From sequence record DRR723986_5138: 42,511 nt of DNA. One strand, 5' to 3'. Under the pieces are notes generated by a model that had not been told where the DNA came from, made no database searches, and worked only from the letters and a program-made list of their open reading frames with translations. Each line of letters begins with the position of its first letter. Position 1 is the first letter of the stretch. Shown one piece after another: positions 9,394-17,554 of the stretch. The position numbers and the translations under genes are program-made.

Positions 9394-10593
9394 ATGCGCC
9401 TGCCCACCATTTTCATTCTCATAACCGTGATGTTAGATGCCGTGGGCATTGGCCTGATCATGCCCATCATGCCGGACCTGATCCGAGAGGTGCAGGGCGG
9501 AACGTTGGCAGATGCCGCCCTGTGGGGCGGCGTGATGAGCACCGTTTTTGCTGTCATGCAGTTCCTGTTCAGCCCGGTCATCGGCAACCTGTCTGACAGC
9601 GTTGGCAGACGTCCGATCCTGTTGGTGTCCTTGTTTGTTATGGCCTTGGACTATCTCGTGATGGCGCTGGCCGGGTCCATGTGGCTGTTGCTGGTGGGCC
9701 GGATCGTTGGCGGCATCACCGCCGCCACTCATGGCACCGCAAGCGCCTATATCGCCGACATTTCAAAACCCGAGGACAAGGCCGCCAATTTTGGCATGTT
9801 GGGCGCGGCTTTTGGCATGGGGTTTGTTCTTGGTCCCTTGATCGGGGGCGTATTGGGCGAATTGGGGACTCGTGCGCCGTTTTACGCCGCTGCGATTTTG
9901 GCCTCGCTCAATTTCGTTCTTGGCTATTTTGTGATGCGCGAGACAGTCACTGACAAGACACGGCGCGCCTTTCATTGGACACGCGCCAATCCGTTTGGCG
10001 CCTTCCGTTCCATCGCACGTGTTCCCGGGATTGCCCCGTTGCTTTGGGCCTATTTCCTGTATTCGGTTGCCATCTATGTCTACCCAGCGATCTGGTCCTA
10101 TTTCACCCAAGAACGGTTTGGCTGGTCCCCACAAATGATCGGGCTGTCTTTGGGCATCTTTGGGTTTCTCATGGCCGTAGTCCAAGGCGGCGTGCTGCGT
10201 TATGCAATCCGGTGGTTCGGCGAAAGACGGACAATCATCTATGGGCAATTGTTTGATTTCGTGGGTTTCGGACTGCTTGCGTTCATCTCGTCGGGCACGC
10301 TTGCGCTTCTCTTGATCCCGATCACAGCCCTTGGCGCGGTTGTCCCCCCGGCCCTGCAGGCGATCATGTCCAAAGCGGTGGCAGACAACCAACAAGGAGA
10401 GCTGCAAGGCGTGATGACCGCGGTGCATGCACTGTCGATGATTGTCTCGCCACTGATGATGGCTTCGGTGTTTTCGGTTTTCACTCGCGAAGGCACCGCC
10501 ATTTACCTACCGGGGGCCCCGTTCCTCTTGTCACTGGTTCTCATGTCGATCGGTTTGGTGATCTTTATGCGGGCACGAATTTCCGTAACGTAA
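9394..10593 (+). CDS. TetA/DHA1-family MFS efflux transporter
   Basis: LDAVGIGLIMP, motif A GNLSDSVGRRP, antiporter motif GFVLGPLIGG, about 12 hydrophobic segments. Confidence 0.9.
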   Translation: MRLPTIFILITVMLDAVGIGLIMPIMPDLIREVQGGTLADAALWGGVMSTVFAVMQFLFSPVIGNLSDSVGRRPILLVSLFVMALDYLVMALAGSMWLLLVGRIVGGITAATHGTASAYIADISKPEDKAANFGMLGAAFGMGFVLGPLIGGVLGELGTRAPFYAAAILASLNFVLGYFVMRETVTDKTRRAFHWTRANPFGAFRSIARVPGIAPLLWAYFLYSVAIYVYPAIWSYFTQERFGWSPQMIGLSLGIFGFLMAVVQGGVLRYAIRWFGERRTIIYGQLFDFVGFGLLAFISSGTLALLLIPITALGAVVPPALQAIMSKAVADNQQGELQGVMTAVHALSMIVSPLMMASVFSVFTREGTAIYLPGAPFLLSLVLMSIGLVIFMRARISVT

Positions 10594-10674
10594 GAACGAC
10601 CTAAACCTGCCGGTTTCCGGCTTGCAGCCCCCCCGTTTGCCAGTCCACCGTAGACCCAAGCAAGGGAGGAAACC

Positions 10675-11766
10675 ATGCAAACCATCAAGGCGGCAGTCTG
10701 CCGAGAATTCAACGCACCTTTGGTCATCGAAGAGGTGCAACTGGCCGCCCCCCAAATGGGCGAAGTCGAAGTCACACTGGACGCAGTGGCGATCTGTCAT
10801 TCCGACATTAGCTATGCGGGTGGCGCGTGGGGCGGGTTTCTGCCAGCTGTCTACGGACACGAAGCGGCCGGTGTGATCACAGCAACAGGCGAAGGTAGCG
10901 GAGAGTTCAAAGTCGGCGATCCCGTGGTGGTCACCCTGATCCGCGCCTGTGGATCGTGCCCATCCTGCGCCGGTGGAACACCCACGATTTGTGAAACCCC
11001 ATACAACACGGCCAAGGGCCCCCTGCGCACTGCTGATGGGGAACCTTTGGATCAAGGGATGGCTTGCGGGGCTTTTGCGGAAAAGGTTGTCGTAAGCCAC
11101 CGCCAGATCGTAAAAATCCCTGAAACCATGGCAAAGGATGTCGCCTCTCTCCTATCGTGCGGTGTGATCACGGGCGTCGGGGCTGTGGTAAACGCGGCCC
11201 AATTGCGCCCGGGTCAGGATGTCGTTGTCATCGGGGCTGGGGGTGTTGGCCTGAACGCCATTCAGGGAGCTCGTATCGCTGGGGCACGGCGCATCGTCGC
11301 CGTCGACATGACCGAGGAAAAGTTGGAAATCGCCAAGGAATTCGGGGCCACACACGGCGTACTGGCCACGCAGGATACCCCGTGGAAAGCTGCCTACAAA
11401 GCCTTGGGCGGGCGTGGAGCGGATGCGGTATTGGTCACGGTTGGTGCAATCCCTGCTTATGAACAAGCCACACGATACCTTGGACGTGGCGGCAAGGCCG
11501 TGATGATCGGTATGCCCCATTCTGGTGCCAAAGCCAACTACGAGCCGGTGATCATGGCCGCGGTCGGACAAGGGCTGATCGGTTCAAAAATGGGGGATGT
11601 CGTTATTCAGCGTGATATTCCGTGGATGATCGACCTTTATGAACAGGGCCGATTAAAGCTGGACGAGCTGATTTCGGGTCGCTGGGAACTGGATCAGATC
11701 AACGAAGCCATTGCAGATACCAAAACTGGATCCGCGAAGCGGAACGTGATCCTGTTCAATCGCTAA
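10675..11766 (+). CDS. Zinc-dependent alcohol dehydrogenase (MDR family)
   Basis: CHSD, GHE, CGSCPSC...C structural Zn site, SCG, GAGGVG. RBS GGAGG. Confidence 0.92.
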   Translation: MQTIKAAVCREFNAPLVIEEVQLAAPQMGEVEVTLDAVAICHSDISYAGGAWGGFLPAVYGHEAAGVITATGEGSGEFKVGDPVVVTLIRACGSCPSCAGGTPTICETPYNTAKGPLRTADGEPLDQGMACGAFAEKVVVSHRQIVKIPETMAKDVASLLSCGVITGVGAVVNAAQLRPGQDVVVIGAGGVGLNAIQGARIAGARRIVAVDMTEEKLEIAKEFGATHGVLATQDTPWKAAYKALGGRGADAVLVTVGAIPAYEQATRYLGRGGKAVMIGMPHSGAKANYEPVIMAAVGQGLIGSKMGDVVIQRDIPWMIDLYEQGRLKLDELISGRWELDQINEAIADTKTGSAKRNVILFNR

Positions 11767-11800
11767 AAGGCGCAAAGCCCCCCAACCCGGAGAATAGACG

Positions 11801-13033
11801 ATGAAGCTGCAAGATCTTGATGTCATCATCACTGCACCACCTGCCCCCGGTTGGGGTGGGCGCTATTGGATCCTGGTCAAGGTGACCACGGATACCGGGA
11901 TCACCGGTTGGGGGGAATGCTATGCGTCCTCCATCGGCCCGCAGGCGATGACCCATGTCATTCGCGACGTGTTCGAACGACACATGCTGGGCGAAAACCC
12001 TGAAAACATCGAACTGATGTTTCGACGCGCCTATTCCAGCGGCTTTACTCAACGCCCCGATCTCACCGTCATGGGCGCGTTTTCCGGCTTGGAAATCGCC
12101 TGTTGGGATATTCTGGGCAAAGATCGAAATCGCCCTGTCCATGCTCTGATCGGCGGTCGAATGAATGAACGCATTCGCGCCTACACCTATCTGTACCCCT
12201 TGCCCCACCAAGATATCGATGCCTTTTGGACCTCGCCAGAATTAGCCGCCGAAAGTGCCGCTGAAATGGTACGCCGCGGGTATACGGCAGTGAAATTCGA
12301 CCCCGCCGGCCCCTACACAATGCGCGGCGGTCATATGCCCGCCATGTCAGACATTTCAATGTCTGTGGCCTTTTGCAAAGCCATTCGCGAAGCTGTTGGG
12401 GACAAGGCAGACCTGCTGTTCGGCACCCATGGCCAATTCAATACAGCCGGTGCGATCCGGTTAGGGCAAGCCTTAGAACCCTATTCCCCGCTTTGGTTCG
12501 AAGAACCCACCCCGCCGGACAACATCGAAGACATGGCGCGCGTTGCCCGCAATGTCCGCATTCCCGTTGCCACCGGCGAGCGCATGACAACCAAAACCGA
12601 ATTCGGCGCTGTGTTGCGTGCTGGTGCGGCAGAAATCCTGCAACCCGCCTTGGGCCGTGCCGGTGGAATTTGGGAGATGAAAAAGGTTGCTGCTATCGCC
12701 GAGCTGTTCAATGCACAGATGGCGCCGCACCTGTATGCGGGTCCGATTGAATGGGCTGCGAACATCCAACTGGCCGCGTCTATCCCGAACATACTGCTTT
12801 TGGAATCCATTGAAACACCGTTCCATGACGCCCTGATCAAAGGTAGCATTCAGGTTGAAAATGGATTTGTCACACCTCCAGACACCCCCGGTTTAGGGAT
12901 CGAAGTTGACGAAGACTTGGCCCGCGCACACCCCTACCTGGACACAGGGCTTCACCTCGAAATGCAAGACGCGCCATGCGACTACGTGAACGGGAATGCC
13001 TTTCAAGGCGGCGCACCCGCCAAGGAGGGCTAG
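11801..13033 (+). CDS. Mandelate racemase/muconate lactonizing enzyme family (acid-sugar dehydratase-like)
   Basis: GITGWGE, LEIACWDILGK, WFEEP, TGER, APH, PGLGIEVDE. Confidence 0.88.
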   Translation: MKLQDLDVIITAPPAPGWGGRYWILVKVTTDTGITGWGECYASSIGPQAMTHVIRDVFERHMLGENPENIELMFRRAYSSGFTQRPDLTVMGAFSGLEIACWDILGKDRNRPVHALIGGRMNERIRAYTYLYPLPHQDIDAFWTSPELAAESAAEMVRRGYTAVKFDPAGPYTMRGGHMPAMSDISMSVAFCKAIREAVGDKADLLFGTHGQFNTAGAIRLGQALEPYSPLWFEEPTPPDNIEDMARVARNVRIPVATGERMTTKTEFGAVLRAGAAEILQPALGRAGGIWEMKKVAAIAELFNAQMAPHLYAGPIEWAANIQLAASIPNILLLESIETPFHDALIKGSIQVENGFVTPPDTPGLGIEVDEDLARAHPYLDTGLHLEMQDAPCDYVNGNAFQGGAPAKEG

Positions 13034-13089
13034 AAGTAGGGTTGGAAATAGGGCATTATGTCCGGAAATACGCATTCAGGACGAAAAAT

Positions 13090-13422
13090 GTGACGATCCA
13101 AGCATCTCCCCCTCTCACGCCGGAAACCACAACAGACATGGCAGCGCGCGCCGCAGAAGCGGCAGCGTATCTCAAGACACTGGCCCACGAAGGTCGGTTG
13201 ATGATCCTGTGCCACCTCGGCACTGGTGAGAAATCTGTGACTGAGTTGGAAAACCTACTGGAAATTCGCCAAGCCGCTGTCAGTCAAATGCTCGCGCGTT
13301 TGCGCGATGAGGGGCTTGTCTCCACACGCCGAGATGGCAAAACCATCTATTATTCGCTGCTAGATCGGAACACCGAACAAGTGATTGGCCTGCTGTACCG
13401 GCTGTTCTGCGAAGCGCGCTAG
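13090..13422 (+). CDS. sqrR: ArsR-family persulfide-sensing repressor (SqrR/BigR type)
   Basis: LAHEGRLMILC...EKSVTELE...RQAAVSQ.LARLR.EGLV..RR.GKTIYYSL...FC, with the two-Cys pattern of SqrR/BigR. GTG 13090 follows AGGA; alternative ATG 13138. Confidence 0.75.
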   Translation: MTIQASPPLTPETTTDMAARAAEAAAYLKTLAHEGRLMILCHLGTGEKSVTELENLLEIRQAAVSQMLARLRDEGLVSTRRDGKTIYYSLLDRNTEQVIGLLYRLFCEAR

Positions 13423-13430
13423 TCATGTTC

Positions 13431-13455
13431 ACCTCGGGCCGATATAGCCCGAAGT
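13431..13455. terminator. Hairpin between convergent ArsR and FAH genes
   Basis: ACCTCGGGC-cgatata-GCCCGAAGT (one mismatch). Confidence 0.45.
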
Positions 13456-13474
13456 ATTCGCGCGCCTTAGATGT

Positions 13475-14311
13475 TTAGTCGTCAGCCCTAACTGTTTGAA
13501 TCTGAACGCCCAAACCTTCGATTTCGAGCCGGACAACATCCCCCGGATTCAAGTACTTTGGCGGCGTCATGCCCATGCCCACCCCCGGTGGGGTGCCTGT
13601 TGCGATGACATCTCCCGGATGCAGAGTCATCATTTCGCTGAGATGGGCGATGATCTGAGCGATCGTGAAAATCATCTTGTCGCTTGACCCGGTTTGCATT
13701 CGCTCGCCGTTCACATCGCATGTCAGACGCAGGCTCTGCGGATCGGCAACGTCATCCTTGGTGACCAACCAAGGCCCGATTGGTCCAAAGCTATCGCAGG
13801 ATTTGCCCTTGGTCCACTGGCCTGTGCGCTTGGTTTGAAAATCACGCTCAGACACATCGTTGATCACACAGTACCCAGCGACATGATCAAGCGCCTCGGC
13901 TTCTGTGACGTATTTCGCGGTCTTCCCGATCACAACGCCTAGCTCCACTTCCCAATCAGTGGCAACGGATCCGCGCGGCAATAAGATGTCATCGTGGGGA
14001 CCAGAAATAGCTGAGTTGGCTTTGAGGAACAGAATGGGGTGTTCCGGGATTGGCATGCCGGCTTCTTCAGCGTGATCAGAATAGTTTAATCCGATGCACA
14101 GGAACTTGCCCACATTGCCAACACAGGGGGCCAATCGCGGCTCACCCGGTACGATTGGCAAGGCGTCAATATCGAGGCCGTCCAGTGCCCCGGACGCCAG
14201 TGCGCCCCCATCAATATCTAGAATAACCCCAGAGAGCGCGCGCAGCGTTCCTGTTGCATCCAACACGCCCGGACACACGCGGTCCCCATCAAAATAGCGC
14301 AGCAATTTCAT
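13475..14311 (-). CDS. Fumarylacetoacetate hydrolase family protein
   Basis: CIGLNYSDHA, DWEVEL, NDVSER, KGKSCD, TGTPPGVG. ATG 14311 (MKLLRY). Confidence 0.92.
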   Translation of the reverse strand: MKLLRYFDGDRVCPGVLDATGTLRALSGVILDIDGGALASGALDGLDIDALPIVPGEPRLAPCVGNVGKFLCIGLNYSDHAEEAGMPIPEHPILFLKANSAISGPHDDILLPRGSVATDWEVELGVVIGKTAKYVTEAEALDHVAGYCVINDVSERDFQTKRTGQWTKGKSCDSFGPIGPWLVTKDDVADPQSLRLTCDVNGERMQTGSSDKMIFTIAQIIAHLSEMMTLHPGDVIATGTPPGVGMGMTPPKYLNPGDVVRLEIEGLGVQIQTVRADD

Positions 14312-14344
14312 CGCAGATCCTTTTGTGTTCAACCAGCAGTCAGG

Positions 14345-17300
14345 TCAGTTGGAAACATACCCAGACACAACCTGCAACAGTTTGAACGCGGTCGCAGCAT
14401 CGTTTTCAACAACAGCCAAGAACTCTTCCTCGCCGATACGAAGGCATGTCAGTTCCTCTTCTGCGACCATGCTCAGGGCGCGCGGCTCTTTTCGGATCAA
14501 TCCTAATTCACCAACCAAAGCCCCCGGTCCAACCTTGACGATCAACTCATCGTCTTCTTCGTCTTTCGGGAGATACAAGCCCGCCTCGCCCGAGATCAGA
14601 ACATAGGCCCCATCGGTTGGTTCATCGTCTTTCAAAAACACGGTTTCGCCAGCCTGCGCCGAATACCACCGCGCCCCAAACGCCAACAGCCGCAGCTGAC
14701 GCCGGTCCAGCCCCGAAAACAATGGCGTCTGCTCCAATGCCCGCAGCTTACGCCCCAGATCCGCCGAGGCAACGCTATCTTCGGCGACCTCTTCGCGCAA
14801 ATCTTCGGTGACAAGCCGCCCTTGATCCAGTTCCAAAAACACATCAAAAACTTCGGGCGATTGGAACTGGTCGTTGAGATAAATCACAGTCGTGTCGGGC
14901 AACAGCACACGCAAATTCTGATAGACCGCAATCTGGGTTTGCATATCATAGCTGGCTAGGGCCTTGTCCAAGATCAGAACATCGGGCCGCTTGATCGTCG
15001 CGCGTGTAAATGCCAGCGGTTCGGCAAAGATCGCGGGTAAGTTGGCCCCGCCCAGCGCAATCGGGACGTCATAAATCAGCTCGATCACTAGACTTTGCGC
15101 GCCACCTTCAACCAAAACATCCGTGATCAGCTTGCGCAGCTCGTCCGCCTTTGCACCGCTAACTTCGCTCACCTTGCCAAACAGCGCATTGTCCAAAACA
15201 TTCAACCCCGGTGCGAATTCTTCCGGCGATAAGGGGGTGAATACGTTATTCAGACACCGCAGCAATTCGGCTGAATGCCCCTGGCGAATTTCCAGAATCC
15301 GCTTTTTCAACTCATCCGAAAACGCAGGCCCGATCTGATCCGCCGAAATTCGGAAAGGCACGGCCAACAGGCTGGCAAGATCTGCGTCGCCCAGTACTGT
15401 TGTCTCGTCAGCGCGGGTCTTTTCCACCAGTTCAACTGCGGTTTCATAGACCTTTACATCGAGTCCAAGCTTACGAAACAGGGGGTGATCCGTACCATCC
15501 AGACCAAAAATCTGGCGCAGCATATCAATGACATCCTGCGTCAGCCGCACCAGCGTTTCATCAAGACCAAGGTCGCGCAACTTAGCCAAAAACTCGGTCT
15601 GCTTGGATAAGAGGTCCAGCGTAAAGGGAACCTTGGGTGTCGCGAACAACAGATTTTCAGCCACCGGCAGGGCAGCATTATAGGTCTCTGGATCAAAGAA
15701 ATAGGCGTGCTGCTTTAATCCCGCATCCTTCACCGCCTGCTGTACCTGTGGGCGCAAGGCGATCAATCGCTCGGCCAATTCGGGATGATCCAGATATTCA
15801 AAGCTTTGTTCGGCACCACGGCGGAACAAGGCCGCCCCGGATCCCAGCCCCTCGATCAACCGTAACCACCAATCCCGGACTGCGCCGGGCGTGTCGAACC
15901 CAGCCTGTTTTGGATCGAACCAATCCGCATGAAAAGGGTCTGGACTGTTCCCTGCGCGTTGAGCCTCGGCGTAAAAGGCTGGCAACCGGGTTTCTCCTTG
16001 TGGCTGATACCGCATCGGCATCATCACGTTGTCGCCAAATGTGCCTTGAAACATAACGGGGCGAGACGTTGCCAAGCCAACACGCGACGCCAGAACCGCC
16101 TGATGCACCGTCGACAGATCCACCCCAGAAAGAGTGACCGTTCCACTCGAAGGCACGATTTCACGTGTGAGCAATTCAGACAGGGCACGGCGGTCTTCTT
16201 CGCTTGGGGCCTTGATCCCAACCACTCCACCAGCGGGCAGCGTCGCATTCAGATCGTCGAGAACCAGATTGCCATCTGCGTCGCGAACAGAAACATGATC
16301 CAGCACAATATCGCCATTCAATCTAGGGCGCTCAGCTGGCTCACCTTCGAACAATTCAGCACCCACCATGCCTGGTGGCGCAAAGCGATCAAGGATCACC
16401 TCCCACCGCAGCGACATGTCTTGGGTTTGATTGTAATAGGCCAACAGCTCTTTCCATGGGCTGGACAGGTCTTTGTACGCGGCCAAAGCCGCAACCAACG
16501 CGCCAAGGGACACAGCCCCTTGCAACACCAGATACCCCCCAATCGAAAAGAAGAAGAACGGCGTCAGTTGCGAAATGAAGTTATTGAGGAACTTCATAAA
16601 GAACTTTTTCTGATAAATCTCAAACCGGATATCGAACAGACGACCCAACTGGTTGGTTACGCCTGCCATCCGGTACCGCCAGCCGCCATTCGCCCGCAAT
16701 GTTGACGCGCCCGCCGCGCTTTCCCCGATTTGTGCTGCTAGAACACGCACTTCTTGGATACGCTTTTTGTTCAACAGATTGATCTGACGTTGCAGTTTGG
16801 GGATCAACCACGCCTGCAATGGGATGAGGGCCACCGCCGCCAAACCAAACCAGAAACTCTGCAGGAACAAGAAAGACAAAATCGTTATCATCTGGCCGGC
16901 TTGCAGAACCGGTTGGCTGATGGCATCCCCCATCAACCCCCCCATCGGTTCGCTTTCGGCAGTCACCATCGACACCAGTTCGCCTTGACTTACGCGCTCA
17001 AAGTAAGGCTGTGGAAACCGTAGAATGCGGCCGATCAACATATATCGGAACCGGCGCAACATACGTTCGGACAACACCCCTTTCATGGTGTTGATCCGCA
17101 TTTTCATCAAGCCATGAGCCAGAACAGCCAACAGGAACCCAACGCACAAAACGCCTAAGAATGTCACCTGATCGAAAACGAACCCAAACGCTTCGATCGT
17201 GCTGCTCTGGGCGCCAATCGCGTCGTTGATGATCCGCTTTGGCAGCTCCAATGTCAGAAAAAGCAGAGGGAACAGTGTCGTCGTGACCGCCAATAGCACC

Positions 17301-17353
17301 AGCTGATCACGTTTCGAATACTTCCAGATAAAGCGAAAAAGAGTGCGTTCTAT
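14345..17353 (-). CDS. ABC exporter-fold protein: membrane domain + degenerate, expanded NBD + C-terminal cyclic-nucleotide-binding domain
   Basis: N-terminal multi-TM ABC membrane domain (FERVSQGELVS). Remnant NBD motifs (VLDDLNATLPAG, PSSGTVTLSGVDL, KRPDVLILD). cNMP cassette GELGLIRKEPRALS. Start uncertain: ATA 17353 preferred, frame open to TTG 17437. Confidence 0.85.
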   Translation of the reverse strand: MERTLFRFIWKYSKRDQLVLLAVTTTLFPLLFLTLELPKRIINDAIGAQSSTIEAFGFVFDQVTFLGVLCVGFLLAVLAHGLMKMRINTMKGVLSERMLRRFRYMLIGRILRFPQPYFERVSQGELVSMVTAESEPMGGLMGDAISQPVLQAGQMITILSFLFLQSFWFGLAAVALIPLQAWLIPKLQRQINLLNKKRIQEVRVLAAQIGESAAGASTLRANGGWRYRMAGVTNQLGRLFDIRFEIYQKKFFMKFLNNFISQLTPFFFFSIGGYLVLQGAVSLGALVAALAAYKDLSSPWKELLAYYNQTQDMSLRWEVILDRFAPPGMVGAELFEGEPAERPRLNGDIVLDHVSVRDADGNLVLDDLNATLPAGGVVGIKAPSEEDRRALSELLTREIVPSSGTVTLSGVDLSTVHQAVLASRVGLATSRPVMFQGTFGDNVMMPMRYQPQGETRLPAFYAEAQRAGNSPDPFHADWFDPKQAGFDTPGAVRDWWLRLIEGLGSGAALFRRGAEQSFEYLDHPELAERLIALRPQVQQAVKDAGLKQHAYFFDPETYNAALPVAENLLFATPKVPFTLDLLSKQTEFLAKLRDLGLDETLVRLTQDVIDMLRQIFGLDGTDHPLFRKLGLDVKVYETAVELVEKTRADETTVLGDADLASLLAVPFRISADQIGPAFSDELKKRILEIRQGHSAELLRCLNNVFTPLSPEEFAPGLNVLDNALFGKVSEVSGAKADELRKLITDVLVEGGAQSLVIELIYDVPIALGGANLPAIFAEPLAFTRATIKRPDVLILDKALASYDMQTQIAVYQNLRVLLPDTTVIYLNDQFQSPEVFDVFLELDQGRLVTEDLREEVAEDSVASADLGRKLRALEQTPLFSGLDRRQLRLLAFGARWYSAQAGETVFLKDDEPTDGAYVLISGEAGLYLPKDEEDDELIVKVGPGALVGELGLIRKEPRALSMVAEEELTCLRIGEEEFLAVVENDAATAFKLLQVVSGYVSN

Positions 17354-17411
17354 GGGGCCAATCCCTAAAGTTGAGCGTGGCGAAAAAACGAAACCAACAT
17401 GTAAAAACCAA

Positions 17412-17429
17412 GATAGGGTCCAACCTATC
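17412..17429. promoter_or_regulatory. Palindrome in divergent promoter region, candidate operator
   Basis: GATAGG-gtccaa-CCTATC perfect 6-6-6 inverted repeat between the divergent ABC-cNMP and DUF3307 genes. Confidence 0.3.
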
Positions 17430-17554
17430 GCGCTCAACCCCGTTCGTGCAAATAGTATTCAAAAAAGAGACTGTTCTTGCACAATATGAATTTGTTCATT
17501 TGCAGCCCAGCCTCGAAGCGCCTAAGTTCTAATCAGGCAATCCTGAGGAGGTCT

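Noticed and set aside
9394-10593. Acquired tetracycline resistance gene
   Set aside because: TetA-like family only; no adjacent divergent tetR or mobile element, and it sits within a chromosomal gene run. Resistance cannot be inferred.
12976-13089. Longer N-terminal extensions from the ORF track (ArsR from 12976; likewise 2605, 17477, 24630, 39700, 40411)
   Set aside because: Downstream starts have a clear RBS and match family N-termini; the extensions overlap neighbouring genes or promoter DNA.
15929-16705. 258-aa plus-strand ORF
   Set aside because: Antisense to the ABC membrane domain; no recognisable features.
14345-17353. ABC gene as a pseudogene or a bacteriocin exporter
   Set aside because: No frameshift or internal stop, and the cNMP cassette is intact. 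No C39 peptidase domain, HlyD partner or precursor peptide is visible.
17354-17554. Canonical CRP (TGTGA-N6-TCACA) or Clr (TGTT-N8-AACA) site in the module promoters
   Set aside because: Searched by eye here and in 26951-27137; no convincing match.
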